Numbered from the stretch's first letter, positions 13,831 to 25,723 are shown. The stretch: DNA of 64,000 nt from Hypanus sabinus (GCF_030144855.1 NC_082718.1:89528001-89592000); one strand, 5' to 3'. Made by a program: numbers and translations. Notes: a model not told the origin generated them from the sequence alone.

Positions 13831-14801
13831 CGCAATCGGCTCTTTTGTCTGTTCGGGGTGGCACTGGAGGGTTGTACCTTGCTGCATGATACCCAGTACA
13901 GGGACCTGCAAGTTGCTTGGTCCTTCCTAGTGACACACAACAAACTGCAGTAAACTAGGGAGGAGAGCAAGTGCTCTGCACTTCTTATTTCCTCTTAATG
14001 AAGTTGCACTGTAACATTTAAGGTCACACAGCCACCAAGAGCTTGAAATTTACAGTGGGGCCCCACTGCAAGTGTTAAGACAAACACCAATTCAGCGATT
14101 ATGAGAAATCCTAGATCTGGTCTCTTTTGGAGCTTCAGTTTGAACTTTTTGCAGTCAATAAAACATACTGACATTTCCAATTATGATGTTATTGGGCTTT
14201 CATGTTAAAATATCAGGCCCTCTGTGCCACACCGCCTAGTTCAGACTTCTGGGTTTTATGCCAAACCAGCTATTCATTAGTTTCAGCAACGTATTAATAA
14301 TCTGATATACTTCTTAAAGAGACCTTCCATAAATCTGTCCAAAAAAGCCCCTGAAAACACTGTACTTACTAACCTCACTACACTGAACAAACACTACTAT
14401 GATAGTAGGTTTATCGATTAAGCCAACACTGAGCAGTAATGTAGCTGCTTGGCACCCTTCTACACTTGTGACTGACAAATCAATTTGGCTCAATCCCACA
14501 GACTCGGTCTGACAGATCGGCAGCTCCAACTGCTTATTAGCTCAATGTCAGAAATTTCTGTGATTCTCCTTAGCAGCCTTCAATATGTTTGATAATTTCA
14601 CCAAAACCATCTCAGCTCCTTCGGGAATGCAGCACGCAGCAGCTACCCTTTCATTTCTTGACCACATTTTATAAAATCAGGGAAAACGCCGCAGTCCAGA
14701 TTTTAAATGGAACATTTCCCTCAGAAATCTAGTTTGAAAGGTACATTAGGTACAAGTCAGATTTCTGTGAATATTGGTTGTGAAGATCAGTGTCCTTTTG
14801 T

Positions 14802-15315
14802 TGTGACTATGAAAAGAGTTAGTGAAGAGACACTGAAGCTAGTGGATATAGAAGTCTTTACTCAGCAAAACAAGCAGCAGGCACGATATTCAAGACACTC
14901 ATGGAAGAAGAGGACTACCTGACCCAATATTACATGACATTGTTAAATGCTAAAGATCAAAGCTAACAAGCAGGACAATTCTGTAGTTACAATGTATTTA
15001 CGATGCTTCCTTTGAATTACATAAAATTTTCAAACACCTCCTCAGCACCAAAGCTCCAGACACCCAAAGTGAACGTTAATCCCCACTGACTCTGGGTTGC
15101 ATTCATGCACATGCCGACATCTCAGGTCAATGGCGTGATTTTTTTTGTTTGCAATCAACCCCGGCCTGCAGGTCCAAGAATATCATTGTTCTGAGCTGCA
15201 TTTTAATCTCAATCTACAATTCACATTCAGCTCTGAGGACTGGTTGCTGTTGAAGCTAGTAACTCCAGAATACATTCCAACACTTTCCTAATCTTCTTGA
15301 TCTATTCCATGTACA
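14802..15315 (-). repeat. Interspersed repeat, possibly a solo LTR; second copy at 44150-44520
   Basis: Shared gagacactgaagct..gcaggacaattct..atgcttcctttgaattacata..ctccagacacccaaa; begins TG and ends near CA. Confidence 0.6.
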
Positions 15316-15574
15316 GTAAAACTTCAAGTCTTGCCAAACTCAACACACAGTGGCAAGTGTGTATAGCTTTCTGCCACGTGGAATGAAGGTAGTCACATAA
15401 TTCTCAAATTGGATTCATTGTGGCTGTCTTAATATTAATGCCTGACAGAGACACAGAGAGAATACAGATGTTGGAATCTGGATTAACAAACAATCTGCTG
15501 GAGGAACTCAGTAGGTCAGAAAGCATCTGTGGGAAGAAAGGAGTTGTTGACATTTTGGGGTGAAACAGGTTTTC

Positions 15575-15822
15575 ACAGAGTTATAGAAAAGTACAGCACA
15601 GAAACAGGCCCTTCGGCCCATCTGTTATATGCCAGCCCATTTAAACCACCTACTCCCACTGATCTGCACCAGTACTATACCCCTGCCATCCACGTACCTA
15701 TCCAAACTTCTCTTGAACATCAAAATCGAGCTTGTATGCACCACTTGTGCTGGCGGCCCACTCCCCACTCTCACAACCCTCTGTGTGAAGTTTCCCCACA
15801 TGTTCCCCTTGAACTTATCAAC
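15575..15822 (-). mobile_element. CR1 (HER1-like) 3' fragment
   Basis: Same family as 41053-41405. Confidence 0.8.
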
Positions 15823-15984
15823 TATATTAATGCCATCTCAAGAACAAAAATAGAGAAGGTAGATTTCCCACCTCCACCCTATCAAACTCTTCCATAATAG
15901 TTTACATAACGTCACAACCTGCTATTTATCTTTTTTTAAAGAGAGCTCTAGCCTACTCATTTTCCTTTTCAGTGCGACTTCCCA

Positions 15985-16700
15985 ATCATAGCAGCAGAGG
16001 AGGAGGTGTAGAAACAAACGGTGCATCTCCTATGGTTGCAGGAGAAAGTGTCAGGTGTACAGGACAGATGAGTGGACCAGGGAAGGGGTGGGATGGGTAG
16101 GGCAAGACGTGGCCACTGGTGGGATCCCATTGCAGAAGCAAGTGATGACAGAGGATATGGAGGCGAGGTCAGGTGAAAAGAGGAGGACTAGGAGTCTGAA
16201 TCAAGAGGCTGCTGGAGGCAGGAGGTCAAAGGTGGACCGTATTGGGGGTAAGAAGACTGCTTATCTGAGTGGGAGGGAGGAATGGGGCTCGTCTTGCTGT
16301 TGCTAAGTTGGATGGCTTCTTGTGTTCTGTGTTGCTCTACCAAGCATTGTGGACGCGCTATGCTGGAGCCAGAATGTCGGGTATATTGGCTGTTAATACA
16401 AACGCTCATAGGATAAATAAATGCTAATCTTCTATCTCTGTCCTGCCTGGAGTGAAGAGGTTTGAGAGCACAAATCCAGGAAACAGAAGTGTGCGAGAGG
16501 CATTGATGAACCGCAATCAAAGGGAAGTCGCGTTTACTGAAAAAGGACATTTCAGATGTCCTGGAATGGAAAACCTCCTCGAGAGCAAGATGCAGCAGAG
16601 ATGGAGAAACTGTAGGAAAGGAATGGCGTCCTTACAAAAGAGACAGGGTGGGAAGAGGTGTAGCCCAAGTAGCTATGGGGTTATAGGGGCAGATCCCCTC
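15985..16700 (-). mobile_element. Penelope-like element ORF remnant (RT thumb/linker), interrupted near 16270-16430
   Basis: MSFFSKRDFP..ALKPLHSRQDRDR and PDTFSCNHRRC resemble the vertebrate PLE linker and Cys motif as recalled. Confidence 0.65.
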
Positions 16701-16859
16701 CCGAGATGGAGGCAGTGGTGAATTTGTAAGTGGAGTGGAAGGAAGCAGCAAAGGTGATTAGAAATGGAAGGCCCACAATCAATGTTTCAGGAACAGCTCT
16801 TTCCCCTCCCCCATCAGATTTCCGATGGACAAGGAGCCTATGGACAGTTCCTCAGTACA

Positions 16860-17030
16860 TGTGCGGTGTTGTGGCGTCAGTGCTGGACTTTGAGCCAGAT
16901 GGTTCCGAGTTTGAATCCGGCCGGGTCCCAAGCTGAACAATCTGTGTGGTAGAAAGGCCTGGCAATCTATGGTACTTCCCTATCTTGCCACAAAAACCCT
17001 GTGGGCAACGACACTATGTAGTTCCCAAGA
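16860..17030 (+). mobile_element. tRNA-derived SINE; related head at 63490-63620
   Basis: gtggcgtcagtgctggactttgag..gagtttgaatccggcc versus gtggcatcaccaccagacttcgag..gagttcaaatccggcc. Confidence 0.6.
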
Positions 17031-18374
17031 CCTGTGCACAGTAATTTTATGTATTGCACTGTACTGCTGCCACAAAGACAAAACAAATTTCATGACATAA
17101 TGATGAAATCACCTGGGTTAATTATATTAAACCCAGTTCTGATTTGACACAAAGCAGCAGTAATATAATGCAAAGGGTTAGGGAGTGGGTACCAGAGAAG
17201 GTTTGGAACAAGGACTGTTCCACAGGACCAACTAAATGACGGGTGTAGCTGAGGCCCTTGCAGGAACGCAAGGCTACCCATTTGGGTTTCTAGTAGTTGA
17301 CAGGATCAAAGTTGCTAGGATCAAAAGTTGCTCAGGACAAGCACCAGGGGGTTTTAATACCTTCTTGATGGGGGGAAAATGGGAGGTGTATAAAGATTTG
17401 GCATCCACAGTAAAGACGAGGTAGCAGGGGCCAGAGAAACATAAAAAGTGAACAACCACACGCAAAATGGAGGAACTCAGTATATCAGGCAGCATTAAAA
17501 AGGGAAACAAAGGCAAAAGTCCAAATTTAAAATAAATACAGATTTCAGATCTCCAAAAATAATTAACTTATTTATAGAGCACTTTTCATATAAGGCAGTT
17601 CAAAGTGTTTTACAATGGGATAAGAGTGCAAACACAAAAATAAAAGACAAACGTTTTCCCACACTTGCAAAGGTTATTCTCAGCGCAAGAAAGGTTGTTA
17701 GGCAGTAATTAAAGTTAATAACTGTTAAAAATGTTCTTACATGGCAATGGACAAGTCTAACTATTTTTAATACTTTCTGTGTATATCATGCAGTTCGTGC
17801 CATCACAGGTACTTCAATACCCAAGTCCCACAGCGATATACCAGCATGAGGCAACGTCTGGGAGGAGCAGGACAACTTACTGATTCACCCATTTAAATCC
17901 ACATGTGCATTCACTGGCCGGTCCTGTCCAAACTTACTTTAATAACAGTGACCTCTCTTATCCACTCCAATATCCTTTCCATAGAAAGGAAAACAAAATC
18001 CTCCTAATGGAACTCAAATGTTTTAACAGCTGGTTTCCTGTCCTTCAGTTGCATTAATTAAGAGTGAGCCCTAGCACATCATACAGTGGAAATCAGTTTA
18101 AACAATATTTTGGAATTTGATGTTATTGATCTGCATTTCGAGGTGACTACAAGGCTTGGATTTAACGACCTTTTTTTTGACACCAAAATTAACACCTCAA
18201 GAGTTCAATTAGCATTTCTGTGCCCTTGTCCATTTAACTGGGAGTCAACAACCTGGCATCAACTGAAGACTTTGAAACCAGCTTGCTGATTCTTGAATCC
18301 CCCAAATACTAGCACATCACCACAAAAGCAGAAATCTTTCAACTAATCCTTGAAAGTGCCCTCACATTTTTGTC

Positions 18375-18660
18375 ACAAACAAGAGAGAATCTGCAGATGC
18401 TGGAAATGCAGGGGACACACACACACACACAAAATGCTGGAGGAATTCTGCAGGCCAGGCAGCATCTCTAGGGGAAAAAGTACTGTCAATGTTTTGCGCT
18501 GAGACCCTTCAGCAGGACTGGAGAAAAAGAAGAATAGATCTTAAAGGTGGGGGAAAGAGGAGAAAGAAACACAAGGTGATAGGTGAAACTGGGAGAGGGA
18601 GAGATGAAGTAAATAACTGGGAATTTGATTGGTGAAAGGGTTGGAGGTGAGGAGAGAAGG
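18375..18660 (-). mobile_element. Penelope pseudo-LTR fragment
   Basis: tctgcagatgctggaaat..aaaatgctggaggaa..gagacccttcagcaggact; hammerhead decayed. Confidence 0.85.
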
Positions 18661-19652
18661 CCAAGAAAAAAAAGTGGGGAGGATCTTTGTGTCTTGTAGT
18701 CATCAATCCATCAATTCTACAAGCAAATCCACGACACCAGAAACAGTAGTCTGTCATAAATTTTTAATGCGGCATGTTTTAAATACTTATTGAATCTATG
18801 TGTCCAAAACTACATATTTTACTGCTTCACGCTCATCAACCCTGCTTTTCAAAGCTCCTCAACTCTATTCAAGAGAATAATGGCAAGCTGCCTTTCTAAA
18901 GCACCTCAGTTCTTGCAATACAAATCCTCCCACGCTCCTGTTAAAGGTCCAAGATTCTAACTCAGTGAAGAAAGGTTATTCTTATGATGATGATCTGAGA
19001 CTGAGGTGAGCTCAAAAGGTGTGACATTCCAACACAACCATTGTCAGGCCTATGAGTTGCTGTTGAAGATGATTTGTCAAGTTGTGGTCGAACAATTTGC
19101 AGATTGTTCATTCTGCAGACAGACTCACTGAATGTAGAGGGAGGGAGCATGAAAGTGGAGGATAGGATGCCACTCATGTGGGCCCTGAGATTCTTCAGTG
19201 TGGTTGCTGCTGGTCTCTCATCCACTGTTCTGGAAAGGGTTTTTGAGTATCATTTAATGCAGAAGTAACACCGGAGGTGCTCCAGTATTTTGGGTCAACA
19301 ATGACTCTCTGGACTGCTGAGCATGAGAGAATGACAATGGTGTTTATCGTGTCGTATAAGCTGTCTGGCTATCACTTGGGGAGATTTGGCATAGTAGTAA
19401 TCAATACTGGATCAGTAATCTAGAGACCCAGTTATACACTGGGGGCACGAGTTCGAATCCCACATGGCAGATGGTGAATTCAATAAATCTACTATGAAGA
19501 AACCATGTCGATTGTCATTAAAAACCATCTTGTTCACTCACTAATATCCTTTAGGGCAGGAATCCTGCCATCCTTACCTGGTCTGGCCTATATGCGAGTC
19601 CAGACCCACAGCAATGTGGTTGACTCTTAAAAATAGGGATGGGCAATAAATG

Positions 19653-19751
19653 GGTCCTGACGAAGGGTCTCGGCTCGAAACGTCAACAGCGCTTCTCCCT
19701 ATAGGTGCTGCCTGGCCTGCTGTGTTCCCCCAGCATTTTGTGTGTGTTGTT
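19653..19751 (+). mobile_element. Short Penelope pseudo-LTR insertion (99 bp) with hammerhead
   Basis: Perfect 14 bp TSD atgggcaataaatg at 19639-19652 and 19752-19765. Confidence 0.9.
19654..19687 (+). ncRNA. Minimal type I hammerhead ribozyme motif
   Basis: gtc CTGACGA a GGGT ctcg GCTC GAAA C GTC aac. Core intact, stem II has G-U pairs, palindromic ACGT in place of stem III, stem I has a mismatch at its first pair. Confidence 0.7.
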
Positions 19752-20758
19752 ATGGGCAATAAATGCTGGTTTGCCTGATGATGCCCACACCCCATAAATT
19801 AAATTGAAAAAGAATTCAAGGCGGCAAGCAACACGTAATGAGCTGCTGACCCAAGCTGTGCGGGTGCACAGTAGCTGAAATGCTCCCACACACACAACCT
19901 CTGTTGCCACGTGGGTCATGCTGTATTAAATTTTATAAAAGTATTAGATGAAAGTGAACAATTCCAGGTGACACTTTAGCTCTTTGTATAGGCAAGGTTA
20001 TAGCCTATTCAAGTTAAATGCTGTAGATTTGTTAAATGTTTGTTAATAACGGTTGTATTCTTACACTGTAGGTTGGTTAAGTGTTTGCTAATAGCCTTTG
20101 CATTCATTCTTAGACTCAGGCATGAGAACAAAAGACCAAAGAGTTTATCCGTCTGCCCATTTCTCAATGCTGGTGGGTTGAACCCCTATTTATTGAGGCA
20201 CTATTCACTTGGGACTCCAACTAGACCAAGGGACTGCAATCGGTGCCTTGGATGGACTGGGGTGATTCCCAAGTTCAGAGTTTTCCTTCCTCCCACCCCC
20301 CCCCCCCAACAACAGTGACAATCAGGAGCTGCCTGAGAATAGTGAGCCCCGAAATATTTGTTGAAAGATTTGTAACTTACTACATAGTATTTGGTGTGGT
20401 TTATTTGTGCTTTCCTATTTTATGAGAATAAATTAGGATTAAGATATGCTCGTACCTTATTAGCACATCTTTGGACACTCAAATTAGTTTGGGTCTCCTG
20501 GGTCTGATCAAACTAGCCCATTACATTGCGCAACTGGAATTTTAATATAATGTTACTGTAAAGTGCCGGGCAGTTTCCAGGCCATGTCAAAATTTCCTGC
20601 TCAGAGCCATGGTTAGTCTACGCAGCTGTAAAGAAAAAGTAAGAAGGAACGCTGCATATGGTGTAACAGATTTTAAAATGTACAATTTTACTCCTACCAT
20701 ATCTATTTATGAATGAAGGTAGACCATTAACAGGAAGAGGTAGCCCTAGGTGCCTCTA

Positions 20759-21549
20759 CAGACAATAGGTGCAGGAGTAGGCCATTTGGCCCTTCAATGT
20801 GATCATGGCTGATCATCCACAATCAGTACCCCAGTCCTGCTTTCTCCCCATATCCCTTGACTCCGCTATCTTTAAGAGCTCTATCTAACTCTTACTTGAA
20901 AGCATCCAGAGAATTGGCCTCCACTGCCTTCTGAGGCAGAGCATTCCATAGATCCACAACTCTCTGGGTGAAAAAGTTTTTCCTCAATTCCATTCTAAAT
21001 GGTCTACCACTTATTCTGAAACTGTGGCCTCTGGTTCCGGACTCCCAACATTGGGAACATGTTTCCTGCCTCTAGCATGTCCAATCTCTTAATAATCTTA
21101 TACATTTCAATCAGATCCCCTCTCATCCTTCTAAATTCCAGTGTATACAAGCCCAGTTGCTCCAATCTTCCAACATATGACAGTCCCGCCATCCTGGGAA
21201 TCAACCTCATGAACCTACGCTGTACTCCCTCAATAGCAAGAATGTCCTTCCTCAAATTGGAAACCAAAACTGAACACAGTACTCCAGGTGTGATCTCTCC
21301 AGGGCCCTGTACAACTGCAGTAGGACCTCTTTGCTCCTATACTCAACTCCCCTTGTTATGAAGGCCAACATTCCATTAGCTTTCTTCACTGCTTGCTGTA
21401 CCTGCAAGTTTACTTTCAGTGAATGATGAACAAGAACACCTAGATCTTGTTGTACTTCTCCTTTTCCTAACTTGATACCATTCAGATAGTAATCTGCCTT
21501 CCTGATCTCGCCAAAGTGGATAACCTCACATCTATCCACATTAAACTGT
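20759..21549 (-). mobile_element. CR1 3' fragment, same young subfamily as 24764-28780
   Basis: ORFs 21252-21593 and 21004-21267 match the ORF2 C-terminus (QQAVKKANGMLAFITRGVEYRSKEVLLQLY). 6 bp TSD cctcta at 20753-20758 and 21550-21555. Confidence 0.95.
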
Positions 21550-21555
21550 CCTCTA

Positions 21556-23130
21556 GCCTCTATCCGAAATGATGGCAGGGCCCAGCACGTCAACAGCTAA
21601 AGTATTCACAACCACTGAGAGTCAGAAATCCTTTCCAGCATCTTCCCCAGATCCCCATTAGTGGAGCCATTCTCCAGCCATTTCCAATTTCTGTTCACTC
21701 TCCACGTTAAGGAGCATCTGAGAGCACTGGATAAGAGAAAAAAAGGCTATGGGAGCAGATAACATCCTAGCTGTACAACTGAAGAAATGAGCTCCAAGTG
21801 GCCTCTAGCCAACCTATACAATAAAGATAGCAGATTGGCAGCTTCACTGCAGTATGGATCATTGCCCAGGTATGTTCTGTACACAAGGCAGAACAACTCC
21901 AGTCTGGTGTATTACTGTCCAAATTAATCTACCCTCAGCCATGTGAGTCACTGTTGTCAGCAATAGTTACTCATTAATAACTATTCATTGATGCCCAGCA
22001 TGGGTTTTCACAGAAATTGAATCCTTCAGCACAGAAATACGCTCTTTGGCCTGTCAAAGCTATGCCAACTATTAAACATTTATTGTACAACGTTCAATTC
22101 CATCGACAACTCATCTGCAAGTGAAGCTGCCCACACCCGAACCAACAACCACATAACAAATACCCAGGCTACACAAAAAGGACAAAAACTGGATCTCCCA
22201 ACACCACAAAGCTGCCTACCATCTGTCATGATGAGGCCACACTTAGGTTGGAGGAACAACACCTTATATTCTGTTTGGGTATACTCCAACCTGACGGCAT
22301 GAACACCAATTTCTGAAACTTCTGAAAATGCACCCCCCCCCCCCATTTCCCATCTCCTTTTCCCTCTCTCACCTCATCTTGCCCACCCATTACCTCCCTC
22401 TGGGCACCTTCCCCCTTTTCTTTCTTCCATGGCCTTCTGACTCTTTCACCAATCAACCTTCCTCGGTCTTAACTTCATCCCTCCCCCTGCAGGTTCGTGT
22501 GTTCTCTCTCTCTCTCTCTCCCCATCCCTGCACCCTTTCAGATTTACTCAACTTTTTTTCCTCCAGTCCTGCAAAAAGGGTTTCAGCCCGAAACATCAAC
22601 TATACTTCCTTCCCCCCCCCCCCCCCCCCTACAGATGCTGCCTGGCTTGCTGAGTTCCTCCAGTCTTTTGTGTGTCTCACTCGGATTTCCCGCATCTGCA
22701 GCTTTTCTCTTGTTTGCCATCTACAAGACACCAGTCAGGACCGTCATGGGGTATTTTCCACTTGCCAGAGTCAGTGCAGTTCCAGCTACTCTCAGGAAGT
22801 TGACCATCATCCAGAGCAAAGCATTCTGCTCAATGGGCACCTCAAGAACAACCTAAACATCTGTCCCCCTCCACGCCTGCATATGCTGCCTGCTGTTCAA
22901 ACATCTCCCTGCCTGGGACCTCAACCACCAAGAAACAGAAAGAGCAGGGGCACTGGAGCACCACCTGCGGTTTCCCCTCCAAGGCGCACACCACACCCAC
23001 TTGGAATGCACGCCAACTCCTGTTGGTCACTGGGCCCAGGGCCCTCTGCGGAAGCACAGCAGGTGTACCTTTACCAGAAGGGCTGCTATCGCTCGAGGCA
23101 CGATTTCACTACTACATTCCCAAGGGAAAG
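21556..23130 (+). mobile_element. Old CR1/L2-group LINE remnant, interrupted by a Penelope fragment
   Basis: Degenerate LRALDK..AMGADNI.AV.LK, WIIAQVCSVHK and QHGF at 21720-22010; IYKTPVRTVMGYFPLA..TLRKLTIIQSKA at 22719-22830. Confidence 0.7.
22227..22715 (+). mobile_element. Penelope-like element 3' end (GIY-YIG C-terminus + pseudo-LTR)
   Basis: HDEATLRLEEQHLIFCLGILQPDGMN, then a pyrimidine-rich spacer, a decayed hammerhead and the gatgctgcctgg..tgagttcctccag repeat. Confidence 0.85.
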
Positions 23131-23227
23131 TGTGTTGGGACCCAACTTTGACTATATGGGGGCATGTACAGGGAGAGTCCGCTTTCCTTCGTAAAGGGGC
23201 AAAGGGATATTTAAAGAAAGATTAGAG

Positions 23228-23305
23228 CAGGGACTCCTAACCCTTTTTTTATGCCATGGACCAATGCCAGTAAGGGGTCCATGGATCCCAGGTTGGGAAC
23301 CCCTG
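23228..23305. mobile_element. hAT (Charlie-type) MITE, 78 bp
   Basis: TIRs cagggactcctaacc / ggttgggaacccctg; perfect 8 bp TSD gattagag at 23220-23227 and 23306-23313. Confidence 0.92.
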
Positions 23306-23454
23306 GATTAGAGGGAAGATGAGAGGAAAATTCTGATTACCACAGTGACCCAGATCTCAGCACCTGATGAAGTTGGCAAGAGCAGAGACCACTGTCACAC
23401 TTGGGATTTGATAAGCTACAGGGCTATGGAGCAAGGGCAGAAGACAAACTCAGG

Positions 23455-23820
23455 ATTCATACAGCACAAAAGCAGGCCCTTTAGCCCAAAGACTCCATGC
23501 CAAACACAAATCCCTTGGGTCTGTATGGCACTTTTGCTTTGGCAACTCAACTGATCATCCAGATGCTTCTTAAATGCGAACATGTCTGCCCCGTCCACCT
23601 TCTCAAGCAGTCTGTTCAGATTTCCACCTTCTGAATGAACTTTGTTTACTCAGAAGAGGAAAATCCCCTCTAACTCTTATTTCTCACCTCAGAAGCAATG
23701 CTTTCATTGTCTTAGACATCACTACCATGGGAAAAGGTTTTATGTCTCTCTCTCACCCGTAATGTTGTACATCTCAGCTTTCCTACTCAAAGTAAGATAA
23801 ACCCAGCTATCCCAATGAAA
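23455..23820 (-). mobile_element. Old CR1 3' fragment
   Basis: catacagcacaaaagcaggccctttagccc..tcatccagatgcttcttaaatg..ttcagatttccacc. Confidence 0.6.
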
Positions 23821-24081
23821 TATTTCAACAAAGTCTTATTGAAGGCCAACACACAGTGACTCTGATATTTCAAGCTCCAAATTAATTATGCTGCTCCATA
23901 AATACAATGAAGTATTAAATTTGGTTGCATAGTAATTTGTTCATAATAGCACACTGACGTGAACACATACTAGTCTAAATGTTTGCTGGTGGTGCTTAAT
24001 CAGGTACCTTGTGCCTCAAAACTGTGGAATCCAATTTAGATAAAAAGCTGAGGAATGAAATTCTTAATGTCCACAATTCAG

Positions 24082-24462
24082 CACATCAACAAGGAACATT
24101 GTCACAGGAAAGCAGCATCCATCAACGACCCCCACCATCCAATCCGTGTTCTCTTCTCACTCCTAGCATCAGGAAGGAGCTGCAGGAGCCTGATGTCCCA
24201 CGTGACCAGGATATTAACCTTCAACCATCAGGCTCCTGAACCAGCATGGTTAACTTCACTTAACGCTGAACTAATTCCACAACCCATGGACCCACTAACT
24301 CATGCCCTCAGTATTATTAATTATTTTTGTATTTGCACAATTTGTCTTTTGCACATTGATCATTGAATCTGCTGTGTTTCTTTGTTCTACTGTGAATGCC
24401 CATAAGAAAAAGAATCTCAGGATAGCATACATGTGTTTTGATAATAAATTTGCATAAAACTT
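24082..24462 (+). mobile_element. Rex1-type LINE 3' fragment
   Basis: HCHRKAASINDPHHP..SGRS; tail ttttgataataaattt. Confidence 0.8.
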
Positions 24463-24669
24463 AGAATGAATTGAAGCTAAGCACAGGAGCTGAAGCCTTC
24501 TTGGTCAGAATGAACCAGAGCTCTTGATGAAGCGTTCTGAAGACCTGTATTCACCTGCAACACAAATTCTAAATCATCTCCCAGTGATAAGCTCTCCATG
24601 AAGGAACATTGGAAACATTGCCAATTGCTTGTCAAAAATATTTAAATACATGGCTTTATATTTATCAGA

Positions 24670-24763
24670 TGATCAAAGAGGAAGGTGAATCCACAGAAAG
24701 AATCCAGACAAAATGGGGTACCTGGCCACATACTACAGACCTGTGCTGATCAGCTGGCTGGAG
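24670..24763 (+). mobile_element. Rex1/Babar-type LINE, 5' piece left of the CR1 insertion
   Basis: Translates RKVNPQKESRQNGVPGHILQTCADQLAG, which continues as VFTEIFNLSL after 28783. Confidence 0.85.
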
Positions 24764-24796
24764 ACTATGCCAGGCACAATTGGAGAGGGTGAAGAA

Positions 24797-25723
24797 ATGA
24801 CCGCTAAGCTGATTCAGTGTGCTACGTGCATGATGTGGGAGGTCAGGGACACTGATGGTGCCCCCGGCTGCTACAGCTGTGGAAAGTGTGTCCAGATTCA
24901 GCTTCTGAAGGAGCACGTTGCAACACTGAAGAAAGAACTGGATGACCTCAGGTTTATCCACGAAGACGAGAGTTTTCTGGACAGAACCTACTGTGAGGTC
25001 GTTACACCGAGGATACCGGAAGAGAGAAAGGGGGCGACGATGAGGAAGGAAAGGATGCTTGAAGTACAGGAGACCCCAGGGGATGTACCTCTCATAAACA
25101 GGTTCACCATCTTGGAAGCTGTCAGGACAGAAGATGCTGCCAGTCTGAGAGGCAGACAGGTCTGCGAGCCGAAAATTGGTGCAGAAGCAGAGCCGAGGAG
25201 TCAGACATCAGGAAGAGCCGTGGTAGTAGGGGACTCCATAGTAAGAGGTAAGGAAAGGGGTTTCTGTAGCAACAGGCGAGATTTAAGGATGGTGTGTTGC
25301 CTCCCTGGTGCTAGGATCCAGGACATCATGCACCGATTGCAGGGAATCCTCAAGGGTGAAGGTGAACAGCCGGAAGTGGTAGTGCATGACGGCACAAATG
25401 ACATCGGGAAGAAGAGGAAGGACATTCTGCAGAGGGACTTCAGAGAACTCGGAAGAAGGCTGAAAAGCAGGACTTCCAGGGTGGTTATCTCTGGTTTGCT
25501 TCCTGTTCCTCATGCTAGAGAGGGCAGGAACAGGGAGATAATGGATCTGAATGTGTGGCTGAGGAACTGGTGCAGGAAGCAAGGATTTACATTCTTGAAC
25601 CACTGGGATCTGTTTTGGGGTAGGAATGAATTGTACAAAAGGGACAGGTTGCACCTTAATAGGCGGGGGACCAGCATTCTGGCAGACAGGTTTGCCACTG
25701 CAACACGGATGTGTTTAAACTAA
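24797..25723 (+). CDS. CR1 ORF1p: Cys zinc finger, coiled coil, SGNH/GDSL esterase domain (308 aa, open)
   Basis: CATC..CYSCGKC, then heptads LLKEHVATLKKELDDL, then SGNH blocks VVVGDSIVR, CLPGARIQD, VHDGTNDI, DRLHLN. An esterase in CR1 ORF1 is established knowledge. Start placed at the ATG just before the zinc finger; an in-frame ATG at 24767 is also inside the element. Confidence 0.9.
   Translation: MTAKLIQCATCMMWEVRDTDGAPGCYSCGKCVQIQLLKEHVATLKKELDDLRFIHEDESFLDRTYCEVVTPRIPEERKGATMRKERMLEVQETPGDVPLINRFTILEAVRTEDAASLRGRQVCEPKIGAEAEPRSQTSGRAVVVGDSIVRGKERGFCSNRRDLRMVCCLPGARIQDIMHRLQGILKGEGEQPEVVVHDGTNDIGKKRKDILQRDFRELGRRLKSRTSRVVISGLLPVPHAREGRNREIMDLNVWLRNWCRKQGFTFLNHWDLFWGRNELYKRDRLHLNRRGTSILADRFATATRMCLN

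Larger units (their letters stand above)
19382..19810 (+). mobile_element. tRNA-derived SINE, probably MetaSINE-type, interrupted by the 99 bp PLE insert
   Basis: Box A tggcatagtagt, box B gagttcgaatcc. Central cactaatatcctttagggcaggaatcctgccatccttacctggtctggcc..tccagacccacagcaatgtggttgactcttaa matches the recalled Meta domain. LINE-derived tail tagggatgggcaataaatgctgg. Confidence 0.8.

Noticed and set aside
19385-19465. tRNA gene
   Set aside because: Only box A and box B of a SINE head; no full cloverleaf, and it continues into the SINE body.
22328-23194. 288 aa ORF
   Set aside because: It spans a pyrimidine-rich Penelope repeat and an old LINE in a non-native frame; low complexity.
24713-24796. 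N-terminal extension of the 336 aa ORF as a fusion protein
   Set aside because: It starts in the host Rex1, out of Rex frame, and runs across the insertion junction; chance read-through.
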